Origin: Octopus vulgaris
Taxonomy: Eukaryota
Direction of reading: 5' to 3'
Length of the DNA stretch: 64,000 bases
Assembly (NCBI GenBank): GCA_951406725.2
Contig: OX597819.1
Coordinates: 52,886,001-52,950,000 of the forward strand
The notes under the pieces were generated by a model. That model was not told the DNA's origin. It was given only the letters and a program-made list of their open reading frames with translations, and ran no database searches. Position numbers and translations under genes: made by a program. Positions 1 through 13,339 of the stretch are shown one piece after another. Within the stretch, counting starts at the first letter, position 1. Each line of letters starts with the position of its first letter.

Positions 1-912
1 CTCCAAAAATGCATTTGGTGTTGGTAAACATATTTAAATATAGTCTAATCTCAATTTCAAAAGAGTTATTTTAATCACATCTTAAAATAATGAGAGACAA
101 TATTTTGAACAACAAGGAGTACAACTGTTTAACCCTAGTTGGAGGTTTCATTAGTCATTACAGACTGAGCTGAAGTCTAATGTCCATTTGTATTTCTAGA
201 GCCCACATCTATTAGCAGTATTCTGCTTAGTGCACAAAGTCGGCAAAAAGAAACCTCATTCCCATAACTATTTCAGAAGGCACACACCCCCGCGCACCCA
301 GTGCATATATACCATTAAATTAAATTGAATTATTTGCAAACATGTTTATACTCAGATTTAAACAGATTTAAATATGTTAACATATATTTAATTTAATTCA
401 GTTTAGTTAAGTTAAATTCTCCCCCATGGTGCCAGGCAGTGAATGACTGACTAGCAAACTACTTTTTCTTTGCATTCCACAGTTTAGAAAATGACAAGAT
501 AATAGAATTAGTAAAAGTAGGATACTTAGGACATAAAAACAAAAGGGGAGGGTGGGGTGGAGGAGAAAGAAGCGGAAAAAGAAAGAAGGAAAGAAAAGAC
601 TATGCTGATTCTTCATTTAAAACAGTTTGCAGCAGAAATATCAAACAGATACATAAAAGTCCTATTAAGATTACTAGCAATAATAGCAATATAAAACAAA
701 AGCAGTGTTGGAGCAAAGTATTAATTTTCTTCATGAGGCAAGGCAGAAAGAGATTAAAAAACCTGGAAATTTCATGTAAGTGATTTAACAAAATAAATAG
801 AGATAAAATAACATATTTTTTCACTGAATCAGTCATTCATTCACAATGCACAACATCAGGAAACTGACAGAAGGCAGTAGCAAACAGTCTTTTTTTTTTT
901 AAACACACACAC

Positions 913-963
<51 letters not shown>

Positions 964-1234
964 TATTATATATGTGCAAACAAACAACTAGAGTGTTATT
1001 TCCAGCCAGCAGTTTTCAGCCCCTAACTACATAAATGGCCAGAGAGAGATAAGGGAAATGAAACACCAGCCACAAACTGTGACTGAACTAGCTAATCTCT
1101 GTTTCAGAGTTCAACGCCTTTAAACAAATTACTTTAAACAGGTTCAAAGAGAGCTTGATAAGGATAATGAATAGTTTATTCTAGAGAGATACAGTGTGTG
1201 TGTGTGTGTGTGTACATACATATATAAATATATT

Positions 1235-1555
1235 TATATATACACATATGCCTGTGAGTGTATGTATATATATATATATATATAATATACCTACACACAC
1301 ACATAAATACACAAGTATATACATATACACAAACATTATTTTTTAAGCATGTATATAAACACACATGTGTATGTATACATCATATATATATGTATATATA
1401 CACATATGCCTGTGAGTATATATTATATACCTACACACTTACACACACACATATAAATACACAAGTATATACATATACACAAACATTATTTATAAGCATG
1501 TATATAAACACGTGTGTATGTATACATACATATATATATATATATATCCACATGC
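1235..1555. repeat. Local tandem duplication, 2 copies of ~158 bp, CA/TA-rich
   Basis: CACATATGCCTGTGAGT occurs at 1243 and 1401. Each copy is followed by TAAATACACAAGTATATACATATACACAAACATTATTT and AAGCATGTATATAAACAC. Confidence 0.9.
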
Positions 1556-4507
1556 ATATGCAAATACATATACATACATACTTATACACACAAACTGCAC
1601 ACAAGCACACATATTTACACATGAATTACAAGCACACGCACAATTTTAAAATAAATTAAAACAAAGCGAAGTACAAGCGTACAACACCAAGCAGCAGCAG
1701 CACCACCACCACCACCACAACTAGAAAGGAGAAGAACAAAGATTATTCATTAAAATTAGTCTTCTGCCACATAATAGATAATTTAAAGGTTTCAAATTAC
1801 AGTTGGATTCTTCAGAGAGAGAGAGTGAGAGAAAGAAAAAAGAGAAAATATAAAGACGAAATTAATGGTGTAAAATGAGATTTGGTTATTCAAGGCAAAC
1901 TGCTTAATTGATGTCTATTGGTTTGAGCTAATAGTAGCAGCTTTATTAAATTCTAAGTAGCTTCAAAAACAAATATCTTTTTCATTCAAACGCTAAACTT
2001 TGTTTGAACTGAAAAGCTTCAAGCCTGTCCACCAATATCCTACAACTAATTAATTGCACCATAAACAGTTCGGCAAACAAAACTCTATGCGAGAAATACA
2101 AACAGGATTACAAAGATGGCTGGTGAATCAAGCGACTGCCTTTTCATATATGTGATTGAAATGAAGTCTTTATGGCCATGTCAGGAATATGCACAGCTTC
2201 TTTTCCGGCAATGCAACTACTGCAATGCAATGGTAAAGCAATGACACAGACGGCTTGTTTTTACAGCATTAAACAGGTTCGGTGTTGGCACTGACACAAA
2301 AGAGCTGCTGTAACCTTTAGAAACGCCAGCAAATTATAATGGGTGTCGACATTAGACGTATGCAAACAACATGAGATGGAGATGAAGAAAGAGATAGAGA
2401 GAGAGAAAGAAAGAAAGAAGGAAAGAAAGAAAGAAAGGAAGAAAGAAAGAGGGAAAGAAAGCAAGAAGGAGGGGGCAATTGTTCATTTCAAGAGTACTGT
2501 CCTTTTCTGGTCGAAGAAACATTTGCATTCGTGTTTAACATAGATCACAGAATTCATACAATAACTAAATAGTGGTAAAGGAATGAAATTCATTAATTAA
2601 AAATAGCGGTGATGTAAATGACGTTGATTTCTTTTGTCGAGGCCACAAGACTTTTTTTTTCTTTTGCTTTGTTTTGTCTTGTTTTGTTGTTGTTAGATCA
2701 ATTAAATCGACACCAGTATGATATTCTATCAACGCTGTTTAGATGAAAGGTATATATATAATTGACCATAGCATTAATTGAACAGTGACACACTTTTATA
2801 ACAATTTCTTATTGGGTAGCTCTGAAGTGAAAAGGGTGGCTTCACAATATGATCACTGCAAAAGTTTGAACTTATGACCTTCTGGTCACCAGCTTATGAC
2901 CACAATGGCCACCACCAAAACCACATATGAAATATATAATCAAGTTTAAATGTTACATAGTAAGTGTAAAATGGAAAAGCAATGCAGATAAGGTGTTAAA
3001 ACAGACCAACTTCGGAGCTAACAAAAAAAAAAAGAAAAAATATTAACTAATATTTAACATTCCTTCTCTGTAGACAATCATTAATTATTGATCCTAATTA
3101 GCTGCAACACATCATGAAATCAATAGTTGTCATCAAGAATTACCTAGCTCTGTTCACCAGTTTACATGCCATCCTCATAAGTCAATCAATGGCAGTGAGT
3201 CTAACAAGCTACTGGGTTTCAGAGTGGCACCTCAGTTGACTGGCTCTTTATGTAATCTCCCAAGGACAAATCAATAAGACTAGTCAATCAAAACTTCTGG
3301 CAACTAATACACATGATAGCATTTGAACACCATAAAGAACTGTAACAATTGATGAATTCTCTGTCAAATATATCAACACTTTATCATATTCTTCCGATTG
3401 CCACTATTCACCCAACACCAGCTAAATCGATAATGAGTAGAACTGGTAGGCTAATGACGGTAAGTGTCAGGGTGAATTACTTTGGTAAGAGACCAATGTT
3501 TCAACTACAGCAGGGCTCTTCATAAGTAAAGTGTGTTAAAAAGCTTTAAGATAAGATACCCTTGCAACATACTTCTCATTACATCTCTGATCAAGGGTAC
3601 ATACTCAAGACATTTGTCTCTACAACAACATACATTCATCAGTTTTTATTAACAAATACCCAAAAATATGGGTCCTTTTTTAAATGCCATTTTCTATTTA
3701 TATGTGTATTACTTAACTGTCTATATCAGCATATCTTTTAACCTACTAACCAGCTTAATTACTACCTTCGCACTCAAAGGACAACATTTAAATATGGATT
3801 AAAGAAGAAAAAAGTGGAAAGTTTAAGCAGTTTTCTATCAGAAAGCAAAAAAAGTTCATGAATGAATAAATATGTTTAAAATTCCTAGAATTGTCTCTCA
3901 ACATGCTGAAGGAGGCACACAATCATAAATTATAGGCAGATGGAATGCTATATTTCATTTTAAAAATACCGAAAAACAACACTGACAATGGACAACTAAC
4001 TTATAAGAGCTAAACTAGAGCAAATCTATTTTAAAATCTAGAATCTCACTCACATTCTAAATTTCAATAATCCTATTGGTCAAAGAGTCAAACTAATGAC
4101 TCCCTGTAGCGTCTGTTGTTTTATTTATTCATTTTTTTTGTGTGTGTATGCAAGTGTGTGAGAGAGGTATACATGAACACTGGACCAGTAATTGACAACA
4201 TACATAAGTGAAAATATAAATAAATATCTAAGTTTAAAAACAAGACAATAACTGGGTGTGAACACACTGACATTGTTTCACTAGGATATTCTCAGGGATC
4301 AAATTCTTTCACAGTTTCTGAGAACAAATAGTGAATTATATTCTTGCATGATATTTCTAAAATAATATGTCAACAGTTCTTTGTGCATCTGCTTGCCAAC
4401 ACTTCTGCCCCGACAGACAAAATATCTAAACCCATATTTAAAATCCTAAATATTACAAAAATAACAATGAACATATGACTCATACAAACTTCTCCCCCTC
4501 TCCTTCA

Positions 4508-4561
<54 letters not shown>

Positions 4562-4789
4562 TTATATGTATACACACTCACACATGCGCATGCAGAGAAA
4601 AACAAAGAGAGGGAAATAAGATAGCTATTGAGATAAAGTGGGTCTTGAATATGGTTAAAATATATCTTAGGTTTATTACACATACAAAATACATTAAATG
4701 GATTCTCTGTCACCCCCAATTCACTGAATATTCCACAGACATGTGTGCCCTCAACATATTCCTCAGGCTGAATCAGCATGATACTGCAT

Positions 4790-4992
4790 GCAGCAAATTG
4801 GCCCCTTTAATTACTAGTACAACCACCTATCCAATGGGCTTCCACACAGTCCACTTCTACCAAGTATTACTAACATGGTTTGAAGTGAACTAGGAATATA
4901 GTAAAGGATGCTTCTGTCAAGATATCACACAGTGGGATCAAAGCTAAGCTTTATAATTACAAGGTAAACTACTTAAACACTTGGCCATGCTT
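4790..4992 (-). mobile_element. Diverged head fragment of SINE family A
   Basis: The reverse complement resembles the 5' half of 5537-5892 (plus strand reads GGGCTTCCACACAG...CACAGTGGGATCAAA). Confidence 0.55.
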
Positions 4993-5029
4993 GTAATCAA
5001 TTTTCATGTTTCAGGCTGAAAAAAGATTT

Positions 5030-5325
5030 GTGAGGGAATTTGGTAGACAGAAATTGCAAGTGCATGTGTGTGTGCATGTGTTACACTCTCCTTACTTCAA
5101 CTTTGCATAATAATTGTAAACAAGTGCCACCGTTATACAAGCAGTGTACATCATTTCCAATTTTCCATGAAAACCTGTCTAGTCAAGGGGAAAATATTAC
5201 CATACTTGGAAACAGGTAAAGGTTAGCAACTGGAAGGGCATCTAGCCATAAAAAAATCTGCCTCAAGAAATTTCATCTCATCCATGGGAAAGTGAACATT
5301 AAAACAATGAAGACTATGATGATAA
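5030..5325 (+). mobile_element. SINE family C (family A-type head, RTE-LINE-type tail), diverged
   Basis: GAATTTGGTAGACAGAAA is shared with family A. The following ACTTGGAAACAGGT...GGAAGGGCATCTAGCC is shared with 26050-26462 and 35787-36200. Confidence 0.7.
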
Positions 5326-5536
5326 TGATTGAATCATAAGTAAACACATGCATGACTGTGTGAAAATTGCATATACATGCACATGTGCTTGCATGTACAC
5401 GTGCTTAGGTTGAGGGTTTATAGAGTCCAACTACTGTCAAACTTTGGTGATGTATCTGTAGCTAAAACACACCAAAGGTATGAATGTCTGTGAATGGTGT
5501 ATGTATGTATGTATATATATATATATATATTTATAT

Positions 5537-5889
5537 GTGGCAGTGTGTTAAGTAGCTTGCTTACCAACCACATGGTTCAAGGTTCATTCCCACAGCGTGG
5601 CACCTTGGGCAAGTGTCTTCTACTATAGCCTCACGCCGACCAAAGCCTTGTGAGTGGATTTGGTAGACGGAAACTGAAAGAAGCCCATCGAATGTGTGTT
5701 TGTGTGTATGTGTCCCAAACATCGCTTGACAACCAATGCTGGGGTGTTTACGTCCCTGTTCGGCAAAAGAGACCGATAGAATAAGTACTAGGTTTACAAA
5801 GAATAAGTCCTGGGGGTCGATCTGCTCGACTAAAGGTGGTGCTCCAGCATGGCCGCAGTCAAAATGACTGAAACAAGTAAAAGAGTAAA

Positions 5890-5892
<3 letters not shown>
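5537..5892 (+). mobile_element. tRNA-derived SINE, family A, near full length
   Basis: It has a B-box-like GGTTCATTCCC, a CORE-like CCTTGGGCAAGTG and the tail AAACAAGTAAAAGAGTAAAAGA. It is highly similar to 8508-8874 and is flanked by (TA)n. Confidence 0.9.
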
Positions 5893-5939
<47 letters not shown>

Positions 5940-7819
5940 AGCACATGTTTTGGCTGAGTGTTTATGGAGTCCAAATACTACCAATAATTGATGATTTATC
6001 TATTACTAAAACATTAAATTTCTTCAGTGATGAAATTAGTTGAAAATGACAATCCCTCTTTAATTAGTCTAAGATAGAAATAACTTCACATATTAATGAA
6101 AACACTCCAAAACACAATGCCCGTGTTATGAACTTACATAACCATCTGATGACATAAGTGGTGGTGATACACATGTTAGAGCATGTGTAACACGTTTCAT
6201 AGATCAACCGCAATGAAAGAACTTAAAATTTAAAACCATCTTAAAAGAAAATATGTTTAAATAATCTGCTGATAATATCTGCAATTAATTGATTTCTCTA
6301 AGTAATTAATAAATCCTACTCAAATACACACACAACCCTTGACCTAATATTTCCTTCTGCTGTGATGGATGTCGTCAATTGTTCCTAAACATTAGATCTT
6401 ATCAATAAAACAAAGTCTACTGGAGAAAGAGAGAATGAGAGAGAGAGAGGAGAGAGAGAGAGCACACTCTTCATTTTCCAATGACACTTGAGATGTGTAG
6501 CAGTATATTCGCTAACCTGAAATTTCAGGGTTCATAATGAAGACTAATGAGAATCACTTGAGACAATAGGATGATCTGAATATGCTGCTGATTAAAGATC
6601 AGTGTTTACTAAGAGATAAAACCATGCAAGGAATGTGTGTGAGTGTGAATGTGTTTGAGAGGGAAAGAGAGTGATAATGGCATGTAGTGATGCTGAAGGT
6701 TGTTGATATAAATTATAATATATAAATCAGAGACTATATTCAGAACGTATGAGACAAGTATCATACTCAATCACAGTTGCACTGCACATCCAGTTAGTAA
6801 ACATCATCCACCATCTCTCGTAAGTTATTTGGGCAATTTAGTTAATGCTAGTTTCCAAAGTTTCTTATAAACCACAGGAGCTCATAAACTCTGACAAAAA
6901 GTGTGTGAAGAAGATCAACTTTCCCCATATGTTATCTACAGCATGTTCCAAGCTTACAGTAGTCTTGGTGTTTGGCAAGCTGTGAGTGTTGTATGGCATT
7001 TCCGACACATAGTTTAGGTAGTTAAAAGCAGATTATTCACTTTCCACCGAAGCTGTAACCTTCATTCCTACAGGAAGGGATTTGAGCTAGGAATTTAATC
7101 AAACAAAGAAATAAAGGGTTTTCAGAACTGCCATTTCTGCCATTTTCTTAAAGATATCAATTTTTATAAGAGACAGACAGACAGCCCAGACACAGACCCA
7201 GAATACAGAGGGTGTGTCACTGATGAGGTCACAAATAGCAATGAAAGGACTTTAGCAAACCGAGCTGACTGATCTATTGACCAAATGTTAAATCAAACAA
7301 TCAATTGGTTAACTGGTTAGACAGTTAACCAATCAGCAAATAACAAAAAAAAAAGCAAAGAAAGAAATTAAAACCAGTGATTGTGTGTTTATTATTGGCA
7401 CAATGACCTTTTCCCAAATCGTGGGTAGTACAATTCTTCAGATTTTTGTATTTTCAGGTATTCGAATATAATACAAAATAAATAGATAACAATATCCCCC
7501 ACCCCCACTTCATCAAGAGCTTCCAATTAAACGTAGTATCATGTTATGTTCTTATTAACAGATCTTGTTCTGACTGGTTTAAAAACCAACAGATCAACAT
7601 TCTTCATTATCATACATAGCAAACAGAGACAACATTGGCCAATGGGTAAGATAAGATTACCTCAGCATCTCATCCAACTCCTTTAAAAACTTTTGTTAGA
7701 AAATTTTCAGGCAAGCCTTAGAAAAATTGGACATTAATAAAGAAGTAATGTTTTTCTCTCTTTCTTTCTCTCATTCCAACAATATCAATTTTTAGAACTT
7801 AATAAAATTCTAGTTACTG

Positions 7820-8200
7820 CTGTTGTTTAAAGCAAGTGATCAACACAGACATTCCACAATGAATTATGATCAAAGACATTCCTCCCACAACCATACTGCT
7901 TCATATTTTTTCCTAACATAAAAATATCCTGAACCAATGTGCCAGTCCTGTTTGAAGGATGTATCTGAAAATTTGGCTGCTATTTCTGCAGTTGTTGTAT
8001 AACCCAAGGTCAACAAATCTGGCAAATGAGACTTATGGTTGAAGCTATTCCAGCTGTAACCAGTGTATGTTTTTAAAATTATCTACAACTATGTTATCCA
8101 GTTTACCTATATCTTTTTTTTTTTAAACAGTGAAGTGTGATCTGAAAGAAAGGGGTTGGTATTTATAGCAGGACTAGTGACCACTTGGAGGTCCCTCATT
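7820..8200 (+). repeat. Two diverged copies of an old interspersed repeat (family G)
   Basis: The motifs TATGATCAAAGACATTCC and ATTTGGCTGCTATTTCT recur, with divergence, at 13810-14040 (inverted), 32010-32480, 32780-33450 and 50380-50550. Confidence 0.55.
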
Positions 8201-8507
8201 ATCACTATGGTGGTCATGCAGATTGTCGTGACCACCCAGGCCTTAATTTGATATATGTTAGATCAAACAAGCAAAAAGAGTGCACAAACAGTGATATCAT
8301 GTAATAAATGAAGCCATTATAAGCAATGCTGTTTATGAAGCTGATGCTAAAGTAAAAACTAATAAGAACCAAACAAGATAAAACCTATACTAAGGTATGA
8401 AAGCTTAGTCTTATTCTAAATAGTATCAAGTGTATCAAACAGAGATGAGATGTAAAAGTTAAAAATTTTTCAATGTTGACTCTGCCACTGTCATGAAGGC
8501 TTGGTTG

Positions 8508-8874
8508 AGCTTGCTTACCAACCACATGGTTCCGGATTCAGTCCCACTGTGTGGCACCATGGGCAAGTGTCTTCTACTATAGCCTCGGGCTGACCAAAGC
8601 CTTGTGAGTGGATTTGGTAGACAGAAACTGAAAGAAGCCTGTCGTATATATGTATATATGTGTGTGTCTGTGTTTGTCCCCCCAACATTGCTTGACAACC
8701 GATGCTGGTGTGTTTACATCCTCGTAACTTAGTGGTTCAGCAAAAGAGATCGATAGAATAAGTACTGGGCTTACAAAGAATAAGTCCTGGGGTCGATTTG
8801 CTCGACTAAAGGCGGTGCTCCAGCATGGCCGCAGTCAAATGACTGAAACAAGTAAAAGAGTAACAGAGTAAAGA
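8508..8874 (+). mobile_element. tRNA-derived SINE, family A
   Basis: Near-identical to 5537-5892 from AGCTTGCTTACCAACCACATGG through GACTGAAACAAGTAAAAGAG. Confidence 0.92.
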
Positions 8875-9212
8875 CTGCTAAAGAATTATTTAATACAGAC
8901 ATGTGCAAGGTTTCTGCGCTTTCACTCTGCATTATTACAGAATCACAATTCTGTAATTTTGAGTCAAATACTCTCCTTACAAATGAATACATGTGTGTGT
9001 ACATGAACCCACCACCCACAAGACATTTTCAAAGACTACTAAAATAAAAGTGCAGGACATCTCTGTGTTACTCAACCAAAACTGTTACTACAGAACAGCT
9101 TTGAGACAGAGACAATTAAAGACAATGAAGAAGTATAAAAGGGGGAAAGTGTAGAATCACTCCACACCTCCTCCCCCATACTAATGAAATATTTTGTGTA
9201 TATTTGCACATG

Positions 9213-9374
9213 TATGGCTGTGTGTTTAAGAAACTCACTTTGCAAACCTGTGGTTTTAGGTTCAGTCCCACTGCACAGCACTTTGGCAAGTGTCTTCTAC
9301 AATAGCCCAGGTTGAACAATGCCTAGTGAGTTAACTCACAAGATGGAGATCCTGTTGTATGTATATAAATGAGC

Positions 9375-9408
<34 letters not shown>

Positions 9409-9595
9409 TCGTATCTGTTTTCTCACCACCATTTTTGAAAACCAATGTTGGTTTGTTTACATCTCGGTAACTTAGCAGTTTGGCAAATGCAACTGACAGA
9501 ATAAGTAACAGATTCGAAAAAAATAAGTCCCTTATTCTGTCAATTTTAAAAATAAATACTGGGGTCAGAGAAACAACTGAAACGAATAAAAGATA
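9213..9595 (+). mobile_element. SINE family A, older diverged copy
   Basis: GGTTCAGTCCCACTGCACAGCACTTTGGCAAGTGTCTTCTAC...GTAACTTAGCAGTTTGGCAAA...GAATAAGTA. Confidence 0.8.
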
Positions 9596-11041
9596 TTAAA
9601 AAAAAAGTACACACAAATTCTAGTTGAGGTTGGATCGGAGCACAAGGATTTTCTCCCCAGAGCACATAGTATCAGTTTAAATGTATCTTATGGTCACTAA
9701 AGCAAGACAGCATTAAAAGTAGGGTGGAGTGGGGGTGCTTGATAGGGGTGTGTGTGTGTGTGTGTTTGTGTGTATGGGGGGGAATGCCTATTAAAGGAGG
9801 GGAAGAGGGTGTTTGGAAGCAGTTAAGCAAATCAAGTAAAAATCCCATAGAAAACAGACTTCGCACAACTATCCAGTTACATACACTAACACATTTCACT
9901 CTGCTAACCAAACCAGTGCTAAATAGTCTCTTCCTCTGGGTTGGGGGGCAAGTCTTACCACCCCCCAGCCCTACCATCCCCTCTTCCATTAAACCACCAC
10001 CATCATATGACAACGATGATGATGATGATCGTCGTCATCATCACCACCACTACTACCATCACAAGATGATATTGGCAATGTTTTGCTCTGCTGTTTTGAC
10101 ACTGAAACTTGGTTTAGGCAAAGGAAATGATGGGTGTATGTGTTGGTGGTGGTGGTGTCAACAGCAGAGAACAGAACTGGGTGATTTAAATGGTTTCCAA
10201 GCAGGAAAGCTAGTGGAAGTCATCATACCCAGCAAATACAACAACAAACATTAGACAAACTACATACATCTGTGTACCATTTATTACATGTGTTGTAAAC
10301 ACACACACACATATACATAGAGGGGGAATACTTATTCCCAAGTGAGACATGTACAGAGAAAGAGAAATAGAGAGACAAATAGATGAATACTTTAAAGAGA
10401 GAAATGCTTAATTCTACGTCACACACACACACGTGTGTGTGTGTGTGTGTGAGAGAGAGATAGTACAGATTTGTGTATGTATATACATGTCTCCATACTA
10501 TTCAATGTGTGTGTGTGAGCATGTGCACTTGCACGTCCACATGTGCATGCGTACGCTACTTATGAAAGCAGAAGTAAATCTACTTATATAAAAATTGCCT
10601 GATTAAGCAATTAGAAATCAACTGAAAATCATTCTTTTATGATAAAGAGAGATTCTCTGATACACCATCATTTTATTAGCACACACACATATATAAAGAC
10701 ATATGCACACTCACACGCACAAACATACATGCACAAACTGAGTCAACAATGAAAAATGAAAATGACACAGAAAAACTCCATATCAAAATATGTCTAACAA
10801 AGCTATTTCCTGTAACACAAATGATTTTTTCTTTCATGAAACGTGTATGCCAAACTATCATGGAAAGGGGATGGAGAGAGAGGGAGAGGGAGGGAGGGAG
10901 AGAGAGAAGAAAAAGAAGAAAAAAGAGAAACAGAATTTGCATGTGAGCAAGGTACTCACTTTTCTGTGTTCATTCTCATACATATACACACACGATGCAC
11001 CTGTATATACTATGCATACATACTAATGTACACAGGCATAT

Positions 11042-11079
<38 letters not shown>

Positions 11080-11131
11080 GCAGCCAAAGCAAACTAACAA
11101 ACAGGTAGAAAAATATATATATATATATATA

Positions 11132-11380
11132 TCATCATCATCATCATCATCATCATCGTTTAACGTCCGTTTTCCGCGCTAGCACGGGTTGGACGGTTTC
11201 GACCGGGGTCTGGGGAGCTCGGGACTGCCCCAGGCTCCAGTCTAGTCTGGCAGTGTTTCTACAGCTGGATGCCCTTCCTAACGCCAACCACTCCGCGAGT
11301 GTAGTGGGTGTTTTTTACGTGCCACCTGCACAGGTGCCAGAGGGGTCTGGCATCGGCCACGTTCGGATGGTGCTTTTTAT
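11132..11380 (-). mobile_element. 5'-truncated RTE-LINE 3' tail (family D), young, CpG intact
   Basis: It has a (CAT)n tail plus CGTTTAACGTCCGTTTTCC...GGATGCCCTTCCTAACGCCAACCAC. This is the reverse complement of the 3' part of 55500-56150. Confidence 0.88.
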
Positions 11381-12112
11381 GGGGGGGGGTGCAGAAATAT
11401 AGGGGAGCACCAGTGGGAGGGGTGGTTCAGAGGACAGGTACTAGTCAAGTAGAACGTAGGATATCGAGAGAGGGGTAATGCATGGTGAAATAGCGTATTG
11501 AAGAGGGGGGTTCAAAGAGTAGACACCTATAATGGTGGTGGGGGGTGCAGAAATATAGGGGAGCAGCGTATTGAAGAGGGGGTTCAAAGAGTAGACACCT
11601 ATAATGGTGGTGGGGGTGCAGAAATATAGGAGAGCACCAGTGGGAGGGGTGGTTCAGGGGACAGGTTCTAGGCAAGTAGAACGTAGGATATCGAGAGAGG
11701 GGTAATGCATGGTGAAATAGCGTATTGAAGAGGGGGTTCAAAGAGTAGACACCTATTATGGTGGTGGGGGGGTGCAGAAATATAGGGGAGCACCAGTGGG
11801 AGGGGTGGGCACCAGTGGGAGGGGTGGTTCAGAGGACAGGTTCTAGGCAAGTAGAACGTAGGATATCGAGAGAGGGGTAATGCATGGTGAATAGCGTATT
11901 GAAGAGGGGGTTCAAAGAGTAGACACCTATAATGGTGGTGGGGGGTGCAAATATAGGGGAGCACCAGTGGGAGGGGTGGTTCAGAGGACAGGTTCTAGGC
12001 AAGTAGAACGTAGGATATCGAGAGAGGGATATCCTACGTTCTACTTGCCTAGAACCTGTCCTCTGAACCACCCCTCCCACTGGTGCTCCCCTATATTTCT
12101 GCACCCCCCCAC
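11381..12112. repeat. G-rich 156-bp tandem array (about 4.5 units) ending in an inverted ~85-bp copy
   Basis: Unit starts GTGCA(GA)AATATAGG at 11389, 11545, 11616, 11772 and 11945. Segment 12028-12112 is the reverse complement of the first half of the unit. Confidence 0.97.
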
Positions 12113-13124
12113 ATATATATATATATATATAGATAGATAGATAGATATAGATATAGATTGGGGTGTGGTGTATGTTTAGTGTGTGTGCGTGTGTGTGTAA
12201 TATGTATATGAATCACTGTAGTTGTGGTGGCAGAGGCTTATCCATCATCATCATCATGGTAGTGAATAATGAGTTTCTGATTGAGTGAGCATGCATGCAC
12301 ACACATGCATATATGCATGCACACATGACTGTATGCTTGAATTCCATGTATTATGAAAATAGATGAATTCAACTCACCAAACACACACACAGAGAAACGG
12401 AAGCTCTATAGACATTCCAATAAGAGATATGGAGTTTGCAAAAAAAAAAAAAAAGAGGTGGATTATTCTAAGAGATTCCTAATTCATAGAATTAATTAAG
12501 CAGAGGAAGCATATTGACAAATTACATCAGAGAAAACTTTTACACCTCTCCACTTATCCTAAACATTTTTTTTTTTTTTTTGTAAATAAAAGAGACATAA
12601 ATAGGAAAATAAACCCTGGCTATTAAAACAAATCTCATCATCTCAGTCGTTTCTTGCATATTTCCACACCATATACAAAATATTTTTTCCCTCATCAGAG
12701 CTACCATCATCTTTAAGTCCCTCTCTATCAACATTCCTACCCTCCATAAACATAGATCTGCAGAGAAATTTAAGCTGTACCATTCCAAGCAAACCCTACA
12801 AAACTTACCAATACATACCTCTCCTTCCTGAAACTGACTAATAAAACAAAGTAGGGAAGGTGAGGGTTCACCTGTATAGAGTCTATAAGAAATAAAAGTA
12901 TAAATTTCTTAGAAGTTTTGAGATTGTATACTCATAATTAACACTGCAGCCTCATTCCTGGGTAATGAATTGAATTATCCCTTGAATCTAGGTAATTCTC
13001 AAATGGGACCTAATAAAATATGCCTTTATTTTACTATTAGCACCAGTCCAAGCACTGCATTTCTATTACTGTCAGTCAAAGCACTACCAGAGCTCTGTCA
13101 AAGAAATATCTTTTATCACATATT

Positions 13125-13306
13125 TGTTTCAGTCATTGCATTGGTGGCCATGCTGGGACAACATCTTCAAGGGTTTAGTAGAACAAATCAACCGCAGAAC
13201 TTATTTTTAAGTATATTGGTCCCTTTCATCAAATCAATAAGTTACAAGAACATAAACAAACCAATGCCTCTGTTGGCGAGCTGTAGTGGGGGCACAAGCA
13301 CAAACT

Positions 13307-13339
<33 letters not shown>

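Noticed and set aside
2180-2270. miR-33 gene on the minus strand
   Set aside because: The match has a 3-nt insertion and no complementary star arm. It is kept only as a possible target site.
7215-7250. CTGATGA...GAAA hammerhead candidate
   Set aside because: The sequence between the boxes (GGTCACAAATAGCAAT) cannot form stem II.
9724-10254. Longest ORF in the track (176 aa)
   Set aside because: It has a GTG start and is assembled from (TG)n, (GAT)n, (CAC)n and (GGT)n runs. No domain is recognisable.
11495-11560. Possible hammerhead in the 156-bp unit (TTGAAGA...GAAA), suggesting a retrozyme
   Set aside because: The core C is missing and no stem II can form between the boxes.
11445-12104. 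Three similar ~95-aa minus-strand ORFs
   Set aside because: They are by-products of the 156-bp array, and indels between units break the frame.
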